29,059 nucleotides of DNA from a virus (taxonomy: Duplodnaviria > Caudoviricetes), in IMG/VR virus record IMGVR_UViG_3300030372_001671, positions 1 to 29,059 of that record; one strand, written 5' to 3'. Below are positions 18,139 through 24,942 of this stretch, one piece after another. Made by a program: the position numbers and the translations under genes. Every line of letters begins with the position of its first letter. The first letter of the stretch is position 1. The notes under the pieces were generated by a model that worked only from the letters and a program-made list of their open reading frames with translations, made no database searches and was not told the origin of the DNA.

Positions 18139-18301
18139 TTTTAATCTCCACTTTTATTATTTTTAATATAGCTTCTAACTTAGCCCATGCTTCTACTCTT
18201 TCTATCTCATTAAGACTACCTACCTGTAAATCATCTACTATTGTCTCTGCTTCATCTAATAGAATCTCAAGTTTATGTTTTTGTTGTTGTCGTAGTTTCA
18301 T
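18131..18301 (-). CDS. 56-aa hypothetical protein
   Basis: MKLRQQQKHKLEILLDEAETIVDDLQ..*; TAATG coupling; not in the ORF track. Confidence 0.6.
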   Translation of the reverse strand: MKLRQQQKHKLEILLDEAETIVDDLQVGSLNEIERVEAWAKLEAILKIIKVEIKNE

Positions 18302-18603
18302 TAATCAATCCAAACTTCTTCTGGTTTTCCTAACCATTCTGTATTAAGCCAAAACTTTTTAAAATCTTTAGTAACAAAAGTAAACTTACTAAAATCAATC
18401 TCTCTTACTACTGCATCATCTCCATAGTTTTCTATGTTCTGTTTATTTTTAATGTGTATATTATCTAGTCTATCTATTAAATCTTTTTTAGATACCTTAA
18501 CATACTCACCTTCGTGACCTTCTTGGTTCATATTTACATAGGTATAAACTCTCTTTGACATTACTATGTATGTTCTAAATTTTATGTAATCTTTTCTATT
18601 CAT
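18301..18603 (-). CDS. Hypothetical early protein
   Basis: ORF track; GAGG SD. Confidence 0.75.
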   Translation of the reverse strand: MNRKDYIKFRTYIVMSKRVYTYVNMNQEGHEGEYVKVSKKDLIDRLDNIHIKNKQNIENYGDDAVVREIDFSKFTFVTKDFKKFWLNTEWLGKPEEVWID

Positions 18604-18612
18604 ATCCTCTCC

Positions 18613-18804
18613 TTAATATCTATCCCTTATAAAATCTATGTAATCATTAGCTTCATCTTCTGTCCAATCTAACTGCTTAATAACACTATACACATCATTA
18701 GCTATTTCATCTGGTGTTCGTAGTGTACCTACAGAAACACTAAACTGGTACTCATCATCTAAACTAAGTAGTTTTTGTTTTAATTCTTTTTCACTTACAC
18801 TCAT
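18613..18804 (-). CDS. Small acidic early protein
   Basis: ORF track; AGGAG SD. Confidence 0.7.
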   Translation of the reverse strand: MSVSEKELKQKLLSLDDEYQFSVSVGTLRTPDEIANDVYSVIKQLDWTEDEANDYIDFIRDRY

Positions 18805-18959
18805 TAGTCACTATCTCCTATCCAAAAATCTTTATTCTTTTCTATAAAATGTTCTGCTCTAGCTACTGCTTGTTCTTCAGTCATGCCTTGCTTCATATTG
18901 TCTTCAACCATTTGTTCAAATGCTTGTTCTTTTCTTTGTTCGTTACCACTATGTGACAT
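18804..18959 (-). CDS. 51-aa hypothetical protein
   Basis: MSHSGNEQRKEQAFEQMVEDNMKQGMTEEQAVARAE..*; GGAGGT SD; TAATG coupling at both ends. Confidence 0.7.
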   Translation of the reverse strand: MSHSGNEQRKEQAFEQMVEDNMKQGMTEEQAVARAEHFIEKNKDFWIGDSD

Positions 18960-19258
18960 TATAACACCTCCTCTAATAAAAATTCTATCTCATCATCTTG
19001 ATATGTTTGCCTATCAAGTTCAGTACAATCAACAGTTATATCATCTACCTCTGAACCATCTGGGTGCGTATCATTCTCTGATTTTTTTCTTCCATAATGT
19101 TCAGCTTCTTCTTTTGTATCTGCATCTACAACAAATTCTTCAGTAATTGTTTTTGTAACAAACACTCTCCAAGTCTTAGGTTTATCCCTTAGGTCTTGTT
19201 TCTCCTGCTCGTCTAGGTCTGGGTAAGTTATTGTCGTTTCTATTTTTTCTTTATACAT
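18959..19258 (-). CDS. Strongly acidic early protein
   Basis: ORF track; AAGGA SD; V.A..KEEA motif. Confidence 0.75.
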   Translation of the reverse strand: MYKEKIETTITYPDLDEQEKQDLRDKPKTWRVFVTKTITEEFVVDADTKEEAEHYGRKKSENDTHPDGSEVDDITVDCTELDRQTYQDDEIEFLLEEVL

Positions 19259-19266
19259 ATTAATTC

Positions 19267-19333
19267 CTTATAACATATTAAATTTATTTTGTCTACCTAT
19301 ATCTCTTATAAGTTTTTCCTATAGCACTTATAG
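19267..19333 (-). promoter_or_regulatory. Promoter (TAGACA-17-TATAAG, extended -10) with adjacent OxyR/LysR-like box
   Basis: Plus strand CTAT-N7-ATAA-N7-CTAT-N7-ATAG at 19297-19333, 1 nt from the -35 at 19290-19295. Confidence 0.6.
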
Positions 19334-19509
19334 GTGGAGAGTAAAGGACTTGAACCAATCTTCAGGTAGTTATAGTACCTGCCTAGACACCTTAGCTATA
19401 ACTCTAAGGGCTTGTCTTTTATTACTCTAGGAACGTGCCATGCATGTACCACTCTGGGGATATAACTCCTTGTCCATACTAAATACATACCCACATGGGA
19501 CAACTCTCC
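19333..19509 (-). ncRNA. tRNA-like structured RNA with a 121-nt insert
   Basis: 7-bp acceptor GGAGAGU/ACUCUCC followed by ACC, GG-UUCAAGU-CC T loop, 6-bp hairpin with a 7-nt loop; GC-richer than the flanks and intergenic. Confidence 0.7.
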
Positions 19510-19520
19510 ATATATAAATG

Positions 19521-19682
19521 CTATTCTCTAGCATCTTTTTGTACTGCTCTTATGAAGTGTATAAAATCCATATCTCCAAACTTTATACCTTTTCTTTCTT
19601 GGTTCATAAAATCTACCACATCTTTTGGCATTTGTTTTTTATGAGCCTTAGCAATTATTTTTATTACTTTAAAATTTATCAT
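19521..19682 (-). CDS. 53-aa hypothetical protein
   Basis: MINFKVIKIIAKAHKKQMPKDVVDFMNQERKGIKFGDMDFIHFIRAVQKDARE*; AAGGA SD. Confidence 0.65.
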   Translation of the reverse strand: MINFKVIKIIAKAHKKQMPKDVVDFMNQERKGIKFGDMDFIHFIRAVQKDARE

Positions 19683-19718
19683 TTTATTTTTTCCTTTCAT
19701 TTATATTTAATATAATTA

Positions 19719-19774
19719 TATATACTATACATCTATTATAATTTCAATCTATATCTGCTATAGGATTTTCCTAT
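19719..19774 (-). promoter_or_regulatory. Promoter (TTGAAA-17-TATATA) with OxyR/LysR-like box
   Basis: Plus strand ATAA-N7-CTAT-N7-ATAG-N7-CTAT at 19738-19774. Confidence 0.6.
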
Positions 19775-20022
19775 CATCTCATAGGTATTAACTTCATCAT
19801 TACTAAACCTGCTACACATATTAAACCACCTATCCACATCATAAAAAACCATAGCATAACTCTAAATGTTCCTTCAATGCTACTTAAAAAATATTCTTTA
19901 TCTGTTAATGCTTTTATTAAGTGGTCAAAGTATAGCAGTAAGTTATCAAAAGTATCTATCATCATAGCTGATAAAAAAAACATTACTCCCATAGTAAAAA
20001 CAATAAATCCTAGTTTAGTCAT
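19774..20022 (-). CDS. Small membrane protein with two TM helices
   Basis: Two hydrophobic stretches; AGGAG SD. Confidence 0.75.
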   Translation of the reverse strand: MTKLGFIVFTMGVMFFLSAMMIDTFDNLLLYFDHLIKALTDKEYFLSSIEGTFRVMLWFFMMWIGGLICVAGLVMMKLIPMR

Positions 20023-20024
20023 AG

Positions 20025-20177
20025 TTATATTCTCCTAAAGTTAAAATATCCAAGTAATCTTAATGTGTTTCTTGATGGCAATCTTCTACCACTACATAAC
20101 CCTGCAAAGCTTTTAGTTATATTTCTTGTACCATATTCTTTATGGTCTGCGTATAAACATTTATCTTTTTTATTCAT
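20025..20177 (-). CDS. 50-aa basic hypothetical protein
   Basis: MNKKDKCLYADHKEYGTRNITKSFAGLCSGRRLPSRNTLRLLGYFNFRRI*; GGAG SD. Confidence 0.6.
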   Translation of the reverse strand: MNKKDKCLYADHKEYGTRNITKSFAGLCSGRRLPSRNTLRLLGYFNFRRI

Positions 20178-20319
20178 AGTTATATTCTCCCTCTCTATCT
20201 AAATGTGATTCTCTTAATTGCTCAACTATTTCTAAAGCATTAGAAAGTTCTCCAATATTACCATTGATTGCCTCTGATATAGCAAAATGTAACCATTCTA
20301 TTTTATTATATTCATTCAT
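20170..20319 (-). CDS. 49-aa acidic hypothetical protein
   Basis: MNEYNKIEWLHFAISEAINGNIGELSNALEIVEQLRE..*; AAGGAG SD. Confidence 0.65.
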   Translation of the reverse strand: MNEYNKIEWLHFAISEAINGNIGELSNALEIVEQLRESHLDREGEYNYE

Positions 20320-20388
20320 ATTTTTATTCTCCTTGTATTGTATATGGTGCTATTAAAAATTAATTCAATAGCACCAAGTTAATTTAAT

Positions 20389-20709
20389 TTAAAATTGTAG
20401 TATTTTATTTCTTAATAAACTTATATGCGTTTCTTTTGGCTTAATAGTTTTACTTTTTCTATGTTGGTTTATCTGTAAATTAGAATGGTCTGCTCTAATC
20501 TCTGTACCTTGCAAATCTATTATGGCATTGTCTACTAAATCAACTTTAGTATTAGGATAAACAACTAAATTATTTATTTCTATTCTTAATTGTTTTTCTT
20601 TTGTCTCTGATACTTCAATATATTTTTTATTTCCTATTGTTACAATAGGATTAGCTTTATATTTTGATTTTCTTATTCTGATAATATGTGACATATATTT
20701 AAACTCCAT
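20389..20709 (-). CDS. Hypothetical basic early protein
   Basis: ORF track; the true start may be the second Met (MSHII) after GGAG. Confidence 0.7.
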   Translation of the reverse strand: MEFKYMSHIIRIRKSKYKANPIVTIGNKKYIEVSETKEKQLRIEINNLVVYPNTKVDLVDNAIIDLQGTEIRADHSNLQINQHRKSKTIKPKETHISLLRNKILQF

Positions 20710-21029
20710 TTAATAATTAATAAAAACTTAATATACATATTACAGCATATTTTTTTATTGTCAATAGCATAATAAAAATAATTTTTTTATGTTGTATTTA
20801 TATCACACTATTAGATGTCAATCTATAATGCTTATTAGTTTTTCCTATGACCTGTTTAAATGCATCAGTTTATTTTTTTATGTATCTTACTATCTATTTT
20901 ATATTTATATGTACTCTATGGCTACCATATGGCTATATAAGTTTTTCTTATAATGCTTATTAGTTTTTTCTATAGTGATAAATATATCACACCTGTTGCA
21001 TAAATGTCACAGTCAAAAGTTTGACACAT

Positions 21030-21062
21030 AAAAAAAGAGAGTGCCATTATTTTGACACTCTC
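21030..21062 (-). terminator. Rho-independent terminator
   Basis: GAGAGUGUCA-aaauaa-UGGCACUCUC-U7; the G-U wobble works only on the minus strand. Confidence 0.8.
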
Positions 21063-21103
21063 AATCAGGAGTTTACTATAAAATGAAAAAATAATAATAT
21101 AAA

Positions 21104-21163
21104 ATATAAATATCTTGATAAGTGTTTTATATTATATAAATATCTTTATAAGTATTTTATATT
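21104..21163. repeat. Two tandem 30-bp copies with 2 mismatches
   Basis: atataaatatcttgataagtgttttatatt / atataaatatctttataagtattttatatt. Confidence 0.8.
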
Positions 21164-21181
21164 TATATATTATTAATATAC

Positions 21182-21236
21182 ATTATAGCAACATATATTA
21201 TTATTACAACCTATAAATATTATTAGTTTTTCCTAT
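21182..21236 (-). promoter_or_regulatory. Promoter (TTGTAA-16-TATAAT, extended -10) with OxyR/LysR-like box
   Basis: Plus strand ATTA-N7-CTAT-N7-ATTA-N7-CTAT at 21200-21236. Confidence 0.65.
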
Positions 21237-21352
21237 AGTTTATTTTAAAGCTTACTGATTAACTTAATTTTATTTTATGTTAGATAGTACCATAATTTTA
21301 TTTAATGGCACTCTATGAGCTTTTAAAAGCTTTTAAATTGTATAGTAGATAT

Positions 21353-21390
21353 AAAAAAACCTAGCATTAAATTAATAATACTAGGTTTTT
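21353..21390 (-). terminator. Terminator after the GP88-like gene, possibly bidirectional
   Basis: AAAAACCTAG...CTAGGTTTTT hairpin with A/T runs on both sides. Confidence 0.7.
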
Positions 21391-21412
21391 AGTAGAAGTT
21401 TATGAAAGTTAA

Positions 21413-22354
21413 TTAATTAACTAACATAAAATTATTATCTTTAGAACTAGGTAAAAAACCTTTAGCTTTTAAATATAATGTACTATTGTTAGGTTTTAAG
21501 AAAGTTAAATCGTTATCATCACCATTAACCATATTACTATATAAAAAACCTTGTTTTACATATTTAGCAATAACTTTTTCATGTATCACTACAGCAATAC
21601 GCATTTTTTTTGCTAATGCAATATTAACATATTTTTTATATTTAATTTCATTGCTATAGGAAAAAGTTAAATCAATAAATCCTTGTGTATTTCTTAAAGG
21701 TTTTTTGGTATAGTCATAATATTTAATATCATGTTGTATAGTATAATATTTTATATAATTAAATATATTAGGGTCTTTTTCATATTCAATATCACTAGTC
21801 CCATTTAATCTGATACAAGGTTTTAAATTCTTTTTCTTAGCTATTCTTAAAAGTTTTTCAGTATCTTTTTTTAATAGTTTTAAATATTCATTAGGATATT
21901 GTATTTTAAATAATGCTTTTACTAATCTAAATATATTTATATTTTGAAATACAATAGCGTTGCCAGTATGTACAATACAGGTTCTAAAACAATTAGCAAT
22001 TTTGGCATGACTACAAAATTGTTTTAAATTATATAAATATTGTATACCAGTAATATAACCATTTTTAGAGTTTTTACTTGTCTTTAAATCTTTTTCAATA
22101 GATAAAATAGAATTAGGGAATTTACAGAAAGCATTATATATTTTTTTATCTGTAAATATTTTATGTTTAATTCGTGTTGCTATTTCTTTTGCTGTCTCTT
22201 TTTTACTATCAAATAATAAATTCTCTAAATTATCTAGATTATATATTATTTTATTAGGATTAAAAGTATTATTAATATTAATTTTATTATCAATACTAAT
22301 ATTTTTTAATTGTTTTTTATCTTTTAATAATTGATATAATTCTTTATTTTTCAT
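21413..22354 (-). CDS. GP88-like (mycobacteriophage gene product 88 family) putative Fe-S protein
   Basis: CX7CX3C (CSHAKIANCFRTC), IRLNGTSDI, YYDYTK, LTFSYS, NGDDNDLTF, LKAKG. Confidence 0.75.
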   Translation of the reverse strand: MKNKELYQLLKDKKQLKNISIDNKININNTFNPNKIIYNLDNLENLLFDSKKETAKEIATRIKHKIFTDKKIYNAFCKFPNSILSIEKDLKTSKNSKNGYITGIQYLYNLKQFCSHAKIANCFRTCIVHTGNAIVFQNINIFRLVKALFKIQYPNEYLKLLKKDTEKLLRIAKKKNLKPCIRLNGTSDIEYEKDPNIFNYIKYYTIQHDIKYYDYTKKPLRNTQGFIDLTFSYSNEIKYKKYVNIALAKKMRIAVVIHEKVIAKYVKQGFLYSNMVNGDDNDLTFLKPNNSTLYLKAKGFLPSSKDNNFMLVN

Positions 22355-22437
22355 TTTATATACTCCTATTTATTTAAATTAATTATATATTATAATAGCT
22401 ATCAATTAAAAAATCAATAGCTATTATATATTTTTTA

Positions 22438-22650
22438 TTAGTCTTTATTTTTATATCTCTCTTTTAATTTATTGACACTTATCATATTCTCACAAATAAA
22501 AACTATTTCTTTAGCGTGTCTTAAAATATAATCAATATCTATATTACAGTCTATTATGTTTTCTTTTCTTTCAATAGAATCTTTTTTCAATAATTCTAAT
22601 GCATAAATACATTGCATTAATTGTTCATTTATTTTTTTTCTAACTTTCAT
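22438..22650 (-). CDS. Hypothetical early protein
   Basis: ORF track; AAGGA SD. Confidence 0.7.
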   Translation of the reverse strand: MKVRKKINEQLMQCIYALELLKKDSIERKENIIDCNIDIDYILRHAKEIVFICENMISVNKLKERYKNKD

Positions 22651-22675
22651 TTTATTTAATCCTTTGTTAAATTAA

Positions 22676-22840
22676 TTATATATTGTTAATATCATTTATT
22701 GTAATATTGTCAATATCTTTTTTATCTTTTATTTTATTAATGTTATCATTAATAATATTATTATCATCTATTGTAAAGTCTATATCAATAATATTATTAT
22801 CTTTATTAATAAAAATTTTGTTTTTTTCTTTTATATTCAT
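22676..22840 (-). CDS. 54-aa I/N/D/K-rich peptide, first gene of the early arm
   Basis: MNIKEKNKIFINKDNNIIDIDFTIDDNNIINDNINKIKDKKDIDNITINDINNI*; same 29-nt leader as the next gene. Confidence 0.55.
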   Translation of the reverse strand: MNIKEKNKIFINKDNNIIDIDFTIDDNNIINDNINKIKDKKDIDNITINDINNI

Positions 22841-23246
22841 TTTATTTAATCCTTTGTTAAATTAATAATAATACAATTAATATATATATATTTTAACTTG
22901 TCAATAACTATTTATAATTATTTTTTATACTGTTGTATAATTACAACAATTTATTTATTATTATATAGTACAAATAGAAAGCTATATAAAACAAGTATTT
23001 AGTATTTAATAATATTATAAATAGAAATAACTGGCATTATTATTTTATAATCTATAATTATTTACTTGACATTATAAATGTTCTTGTTTTGTTCTATTAA
23101 GGTATCTTTTTATGGCAGAAAAAACTTGACTGTGACAAAAATGCAACACCCTAGCAAAAAAAAATAGTCTGTGTGTTATATATATATACCCCACCCCCAT
23201 ATATGCACCAAAAACCTAGGCTTTATAATAAAAATAAAAATAATAC

Positions 23247-23275
23247 TTGACACAAGTGGGGGAGTAGTGTATAAT
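23247..23275 (+). promoter_or_regulatory. Consensus sigma70 promoter for the packaging/structural arm
   Basis: TTGACA-17 nt-TATAAT. Confidence 0.85.
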
Positions 23276-23367
23276 TATATATAATATATAAAGATATTAG
23301 AAACATTTAGTACATTGTTTTTCTTTTATTGTTTTTCTTATAAGAAATATAATCAAATACAATTAAT

Positions 23368-24912
23368 ATGAATGAGACTATAGAGACTATAGAGACTATC
23401 TCTCCCTTAATTACCCTAGATAGCTTGTTATCACAAAAGGTTGAACAGGATTCTAATCTAGATTTTATTACATTTGTTAGAAAAGTAGCTCCAACACTTG
23501 TTTCTGATTGGAAGATGGGTAAACATATAGAAAAAATAAGTGAAAAACTACAGCAACTAGAGTCTGGAGAGATAAAAAGGCTCATGGTATTCCTACCACC
23601 ACGTTCTTCTAAGAGTGTTATCTGTTCTAAACTGTTTCCTGCCTGGTATATTGGTAGAAATCCAGAACATGAGATACTAACTATCTCTCATAGTGACCAA
23701 TTAAGCTCTGATTTTGGTAGAAGTGTTAGAGATATTGTTAATACAGAAGACTTTCAAAACATATTTAGAGGTGTTTCTCTAAGAAGTGACGTTAGAGCTG
23801 CAGGTAAATGGAAGACAAACCACAATGGCACGTATTATGCTGCAGGTGTTAGAAGTCAAATAGCAGGAAGAGGAGCTCACATAGCAATATTAGATGATGT
23901 GATGTCTGAAGAGGACTCTTTCTCTGAAGCAGGTAGAAGATATGTTAAAGAATGGTACCCATCAGGACTACGAACACGTATTATGCCTAATGGTTCTATC
24001 TTAATAATAAATACTAGGTACCATTATGATGATTTATGTGGGTGGCTATTAAAACAACAAGAGAATGTGGGTGATTATGCTGTTACTCCTTGGGAAGTAG
24101 TACGTATTCCTGCATGGTTAGATGAAGAATCTGCTGAGTTACTAGATTTACCAGTAGGTAGTAGTTATTTTCCTGAATGGAAACCTGATGATGTTTTAAA
24201 AATAGATGAAGCAGAGATAAAAGCTTCTAATGGTGCACGATATTGGAACGCATTATATATGCAGGACCCAACACCTGATGAAGGTGGTATCATTAAAAAG
24301 AAATGGATACAATATTGGGATGATGAAGAGCCACCACCTTGTGAGTTTATAATACAAACTTATGATACTGCTTTTTCTACATCAAGAACTGCAGACTTTA
24401 GTGTAATACAAACATGGGGTATCTTTCATACCTATGAAGAAAGTGAAGATGGTTATGAACAATATATATCACAACTAATATTATTAGGAAATATAAAAGG
24501 TAGATTTGAATATCCAGAGTTAAGAAGAATAGCACAACAATTATATGATGAACATAGACCTGATGTTTGTATGATAGAAAAGAAAGCATCTGGTCAATCA
24601 CTTATACAAGATATGAGAAGAGCAGGACTACCTGTTTTAGAATATCTACCAGATAGAGACAAAGTATCTAGAGTATATTCTGCTACTCCTATGATGGAAG
24701 CAGGTAGAGTATGGATACCTAGTAATAGAAAATGGTCAGAAGATTTATTAGAAGAACTATTACGTTTTCCAAATGCTGCTCATGATGACCAAGTAGATGC
24801 AATGACAATGGCAATACACTATATGAAAGAGTCATGGCACCTTGAGCATCCTGAAGACCCAGAGTGGGATGACCCACCTGCAAAAAAAAGAGTTGCATAT
24901 TGGAGAACTTAA
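23368..24912 (+). CDS. terL: Terminase large subunit
   Basis: Walker A LPPRSSKS, GRGAHIAILDD (Walker B), INTRYH, LYMQDP, nuclease YDTA, IEKKASG, HDDQVDA. Confidence 0.96.
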   Translation: MNETIETIETISPLITLDSLLSQKVEQDSNLDFITFVRKVAPTLVSDWKMGKHIEKISEKLQQLESGEIKRLMVFLPPRSSKSVICSKLFPAWYIGRNPEHEILTISHSDQLSSDFGRSVRDIVNTEDFQNIFRGVSLRSDVRAAGKWKTNHNGTYYAAGVRSQIAGRGAHIAILDDVMSEEDSFSEAGRRYVKEWYPSGLRTRIMPNGSILIINTRYHYDDLCGWLLKQQENVGDYAVTPWEVVRIPAWLDEESAELLDLPVGSSYFPEWKPDDVLKIDEAEIKASNGARYWNALYMQDPTPDEGGIIKKKWIQYWDDEEPPPCEFIIQTYDTAFSTSRTADFSVIQTWGIFHTYEESEDGYEQYISQLILLGNIKGRFEYPELRRIAQQLYDEHRPDVCMIEKKASGQSLIQDMRRAGLPVLEYLPDRDKVSRVYSATPMMEAGRVWIPSNRKWSEDLLEELLRFPNAAHDDQVDAMTMAIHYMKESWHLEHPEDPEWDDPPAKKRVAYWRT

Positions 24913-24921
24913 TGTTATAAT
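24893..24921 (+). promoter_or_regulatory. sigma70 promoter at the end of terL, driving the cassette genes and portal
   Basis: TTGCAT-17 nt-TATAAT with extended -10 TG. Confidence 0.65.
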
Positions 24922-24942
24922 AAAAGAATAATAGGGGAAATT

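Larger units (their letters stand above)
21030..21175 (-). ncRNA. Candidate sRNA of about 145 nt
   Basis: Bounded by a promoter (21182-21209) and a terminator; long AU hairpin plus an anti-SD segment; no credible ORF. Confidence 0.5.

Noticed and set aside
19333-19509. Canonical tRNA-Tyr(AUA) or tmRNA call
   Set aside because: No D arm, weak T stem, 121-nt insert at the wrong position for tmRNA, and no G3-U70 pair; kept as a tRNA-like ncRNA.
6140-19715. Plus-strand ORFs in the track (6140, 8227, 8658, 9118, 11600, 12218, 12979, 13357, 14701, 15023, 16333, 17873, 18883, 19518) and the nested minus ORF 9111-9359
   Set aside because: They shadow well-supported minus-strand genes and show no recognisable motifs.
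21104-21163. CRISPR mini-array
   Set aside because: Two abutting copies with no spacer; the Cas4-like gene is a common phage exonuclease and no other cas genes are present.
22656-22860. CtrA boxes TTAA-N7-TTAA (22656, 22846, also 20717)
   Set aside because: Expected by chance in DNA this AT-rich, and two copies come from one duplicated leader.
23374-23400. gagactata x3 at the terL start (ETIETIETI)
   Set aside because: Short in-frame microsatellite in a probably disordered N-terminus; no sign of function.
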